DNA of 63,658 bases, counting the filler, from Nitrospiraceae bacterium (lineage in GTDB: Bacteria > Nitrospirota > Nitrospiria > Nitrospirales > Nitrospiraceae): NCBI GenBank assembly GCA_037442105.1. It is 3 parts of 3 records of this genome, joined end to end, with 100 filler letters (N's around TTAATTAATTAA, not from the genome) between each part and the next. Parts side by side here need not be neighbours in the genome. Positions count along the whole stretch, not along the records: positions 52,414 to 63,658 come from JBBIQV010000056.1; 2 more parts are not named here. One strand, written 5' to 3'. The notes under the pieces were generated by a model. The model worked only from the letters and a program-made list of their open reading frames with translations. It was not told the DNA's origin and ran no database searches. Shown piece by piece: positions 61,918 through 63,658 of the stretch (its first letter is position 1; each line of letters starts with the position of its first letter). The position numbers were made by a program, and so were the translations under genes.

Positions 61918-62115
61918 ATGACAAATGTCACCGCTTCGCTCTCCGATGAAGAAACGCGCCGGCTGGAGGAGCTCAGCAAGCGCGAGGGCTTGACCGTCGA
62001 GCAGGTGGTCCGCCTCGGCATCAGCGACTTCATCGGCCTGCCTGACGAATCCTTCCGCCTGGCGGCCAAGCGGGTTATGGAGAAGAATGCCGAGCTGTAT
62101 CGTCGCCTCGCGTAA
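61918..62115 (+). CDS. RHH/CopG-like orphan antitoxin
   Basis: SD AAGGAG; C-terminal KNAELYRRLA. Confidence 0.75.
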   Translation: MTNVTASLSDEETRRLEELSKREGLTVEQVVRLGISDFIGLPDESFRLAAKRVMEKNAELYRRLA

Positions 62116-62145
62116 TTTACGCTTTTCAGTTTCTCCGCTTCGGGA

Positions 62146-62585
62146 TCACTTTCCCTCAATAGCCGGCTCAACAATCCACTTGCCGAACCGACGAAAGTCT
62201 TCATCGAAGGCAAATGCCGTCCGGATGCCGAGCCGCTTCATGATTGCGAAGCTGGTGCAATCGGTAAAGCTGAACCGCTTGTCCGGATACTGACGGAAGA
62301 TGGCCCAAGCCTTTTCTTCGTCAGCCGGAGTAACCCGAATGATGGGAGTGGTAGTCTCGCTCAGCAAACGAAGACCAAACTGCAGCGCTGACTCGTACCC
62401 AATCCGCATTCGAAGGAGGGTGATGGTTTCGTGAACGACCACATTGCTGGTGACGAGGAGCCGGTCGTGGATTGCACATACCGGAGAGCTTGACGGTGCA
62501 ATCGGTCTGTCTGATCGGAAAGAGCGAAGAACGCCGAGGTGTCAACGAAGACGGTTGTGCGGAAAGAACGTGCGGAAAGACTCAA
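62146..62585 (-). pseudogene. VapC PIN toxin split by a frameshift
   Basis: VFVDTSAF in one frame; LLVTSNVVVHET...SFTDCTSF...FDEDF in another; break near 62468. Confidence 0.8.
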
Positions 62586-62761
62586 GGCTTCTCGTGCAGG
62601 TAGGTGTCATGTTCGACGCTGATGTCGGCAAACCCGCTTGCACCAATGCCGGCCAAAGAGAGAAGTGCCTTTTTTTGGCGCGCAACCAGCCGATCCAATT
62701 TGGATCGCCGTCCTCGCGCAGTGCGCTTCACTGGTCCTTTCGGCTTACGACGAGATTTCAT
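62582..62761 (-). CDS. VapB-like antitoxin
   Basis: GIGASGFADISVEHDTYL tail, overlaps the vapC start. Confidence 0.75.
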   Translation of the reverse strand: MKSRRKPKGPVKRTARGRRSKLDRLVARQKKALLSLAGIGASGFADISVEHDTYLHEKP

Positions 62762-62831
62762 GGCTTCGAGCGTTTTCCTTTCAGCCTTTATCCAGCACTC
62801 CTGTCTCCCCTGAACCAGAGAATTCTTTCCC

Positions 62832-63014
62832 TCACCGCTTGGCGAGGGCTTCGAGGGCGGGACGGTACCGCTCGATGAAGGCTTCAACCTGTTCGGCAAA
62901 GGCCTGCTTCACCTTACGCCGCATGGCAACTGCTTCAGATGAAGACCTTTTCTTCCTCTTGCGAACAGCAGTGGATTTGCTGGCTTTGAGAACGTTACCC
63001 TTCATGGTGGCCAT
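62832..63014 (-). CDS. Orphan antitoxin-like small protein
   Basis: C-terminal FIERYRPALEALAK; start uncertain. Confidence 0.55.
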   Translation of the reverse strand: MATMKGNVLKASKSTAVRKRKKRSSSEAVAMRRKVKQAFAEQVEAFIERYRPALEALAKR

Positions 63015-63062
63015 GATAACGCAGTCTTTACATGAACACAACGCAAGGTAGAGACTCAGCGG

Positions 63063-63135
63063 TTAGACCTTGCCGAGTCGCACCGGCCCATATGTTTGGC
63101 GGGCTTGGTGGAGTTTTTCGATGTGGCGTGGAGAA
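63063..63135 (-). repeat. Gene-3'-end repeat, copy 3 (RHIEKLHQARQTYGPVRLGKV*)
   Basis: Core at 63094-63104. Confidence 0.7.
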
Positions 63136-63228
63136 CTACTTCTTCTTGCCAATGTTCTTTCGGAGCCACTTCCTCAACGTATCTTTGCCCAACTCGCCTA
63201 CTGCAACCTGCAAAGTGATTGTCTCTAG

Positions 63229-63262
63229 CCCGCATTATTCATAACAGTTCGTCGTAAAATCG
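63229..63262. mobile_element. Solo end of the MITE/IS family
   Basis: CTAG then CCCGCATTATTCATAACAGTTCGTCG; no partner TIR in the window. Confidence 0.7.
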
Positions 63263-63466
63263 GGTAGAAGTCAGGCGAGGGTTTAGGGTTTAAGGACACG
63301 AGCATTCTTCTACTCATACCGCACCCCCACCAGCGACTGCTTCGCCGCCCGGCTGGCCGGCCAATCAGCCGAGTTACTTGCCGGCATGGCGAGGCCCCCC
63401 AATGGCGCAATTTCTAAATGCCTCCTCATTAGCGTTTAGTAGCACTAAATGCTATGATGGCGCCCG

Positions 63467-63658
63467 GTGGTTCACCGCACGTGGTGGCAAACCCGTATTG
63501 AGCAAGCCTGGCGCCATCGGTCCGTCATCTGGCTGGCCGGGGTTCGCCGTTCGGGGAAGACTTTGCTCTGCCAGTCCTTGCCTCACATTGAGTATTTCGA
63601 TTGCGAATTGCCCCGCACCCGGCGCACGTTGGATGATCCGGAAGCCTTTCTCAGCTAG
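63467..63658 (+). CDS. AAA_14/DUF4143-type ATPase, N-terminal part
   Basis: GVRRSGKT Walker A; ORF ends at a TAG at the window edge, so it may be truncated. Confidence 0.65.
   Translation: MVHRTWWQTRIEQAWRHRSVIWLAGVRRSGKTLLCQSLPHIEYFDCELPRTRRTLDDPEAFLS

Noticed and set aside
60968..63135. CRISPR array interpretation of the three direct repeats
   Set aside because: Spacing of about 0.8-1.3 kb, codon-like divergence and no cas genes

Overview
GC-rich bacterial draft-genome window; gene content and repeat style suggest Nitrospira/Nitrospirota (inference, no search run). It is three contigs joined by artificial N-TTAATTAATTAA-N linkers (28733-28832, 52314-52413), so adjacency across those is not real. 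Contig 1 has tRNA-Arg(TCG), housekeeping genes (aroK, aroE, trmI, nfeD/SPFH, sigma-70, htrA, lipB, gdhA, LysR with a lipoprotein globin) and a restriction-like defence island (SNF2-DUF3883 helicase, DUF1156 methylase, DUF499 ATPase) interleaved with toxin-antitoxin (TA) pairs. Contig 2 is a metal-homeostasis region (nikR-TonB receptor with a NikR-type box, copA, DsbA, beta-propeller, two paralogous barrels, TlpA), then secA, a MidA-like methylase and nuoA. Contig 3 has a sigma-54 two-component pair, a KimA-like transporter and a decaying TA array. Best leads: (1) three His-rich, CxWxC, RGPP-ending leader peptides each placed ahead of a different gene in one operon, a candidate multi-step metal-sensing ribosome-stalling cascade; (2) a REP-flanked RAYT/HUH transposase inserted in frame inside the defence methylase; (3) TA cassettes separated by three copies of one gene 3' end (ARQTYGP); (4) a MITE family that lands on stop codons and carries nested repeats.
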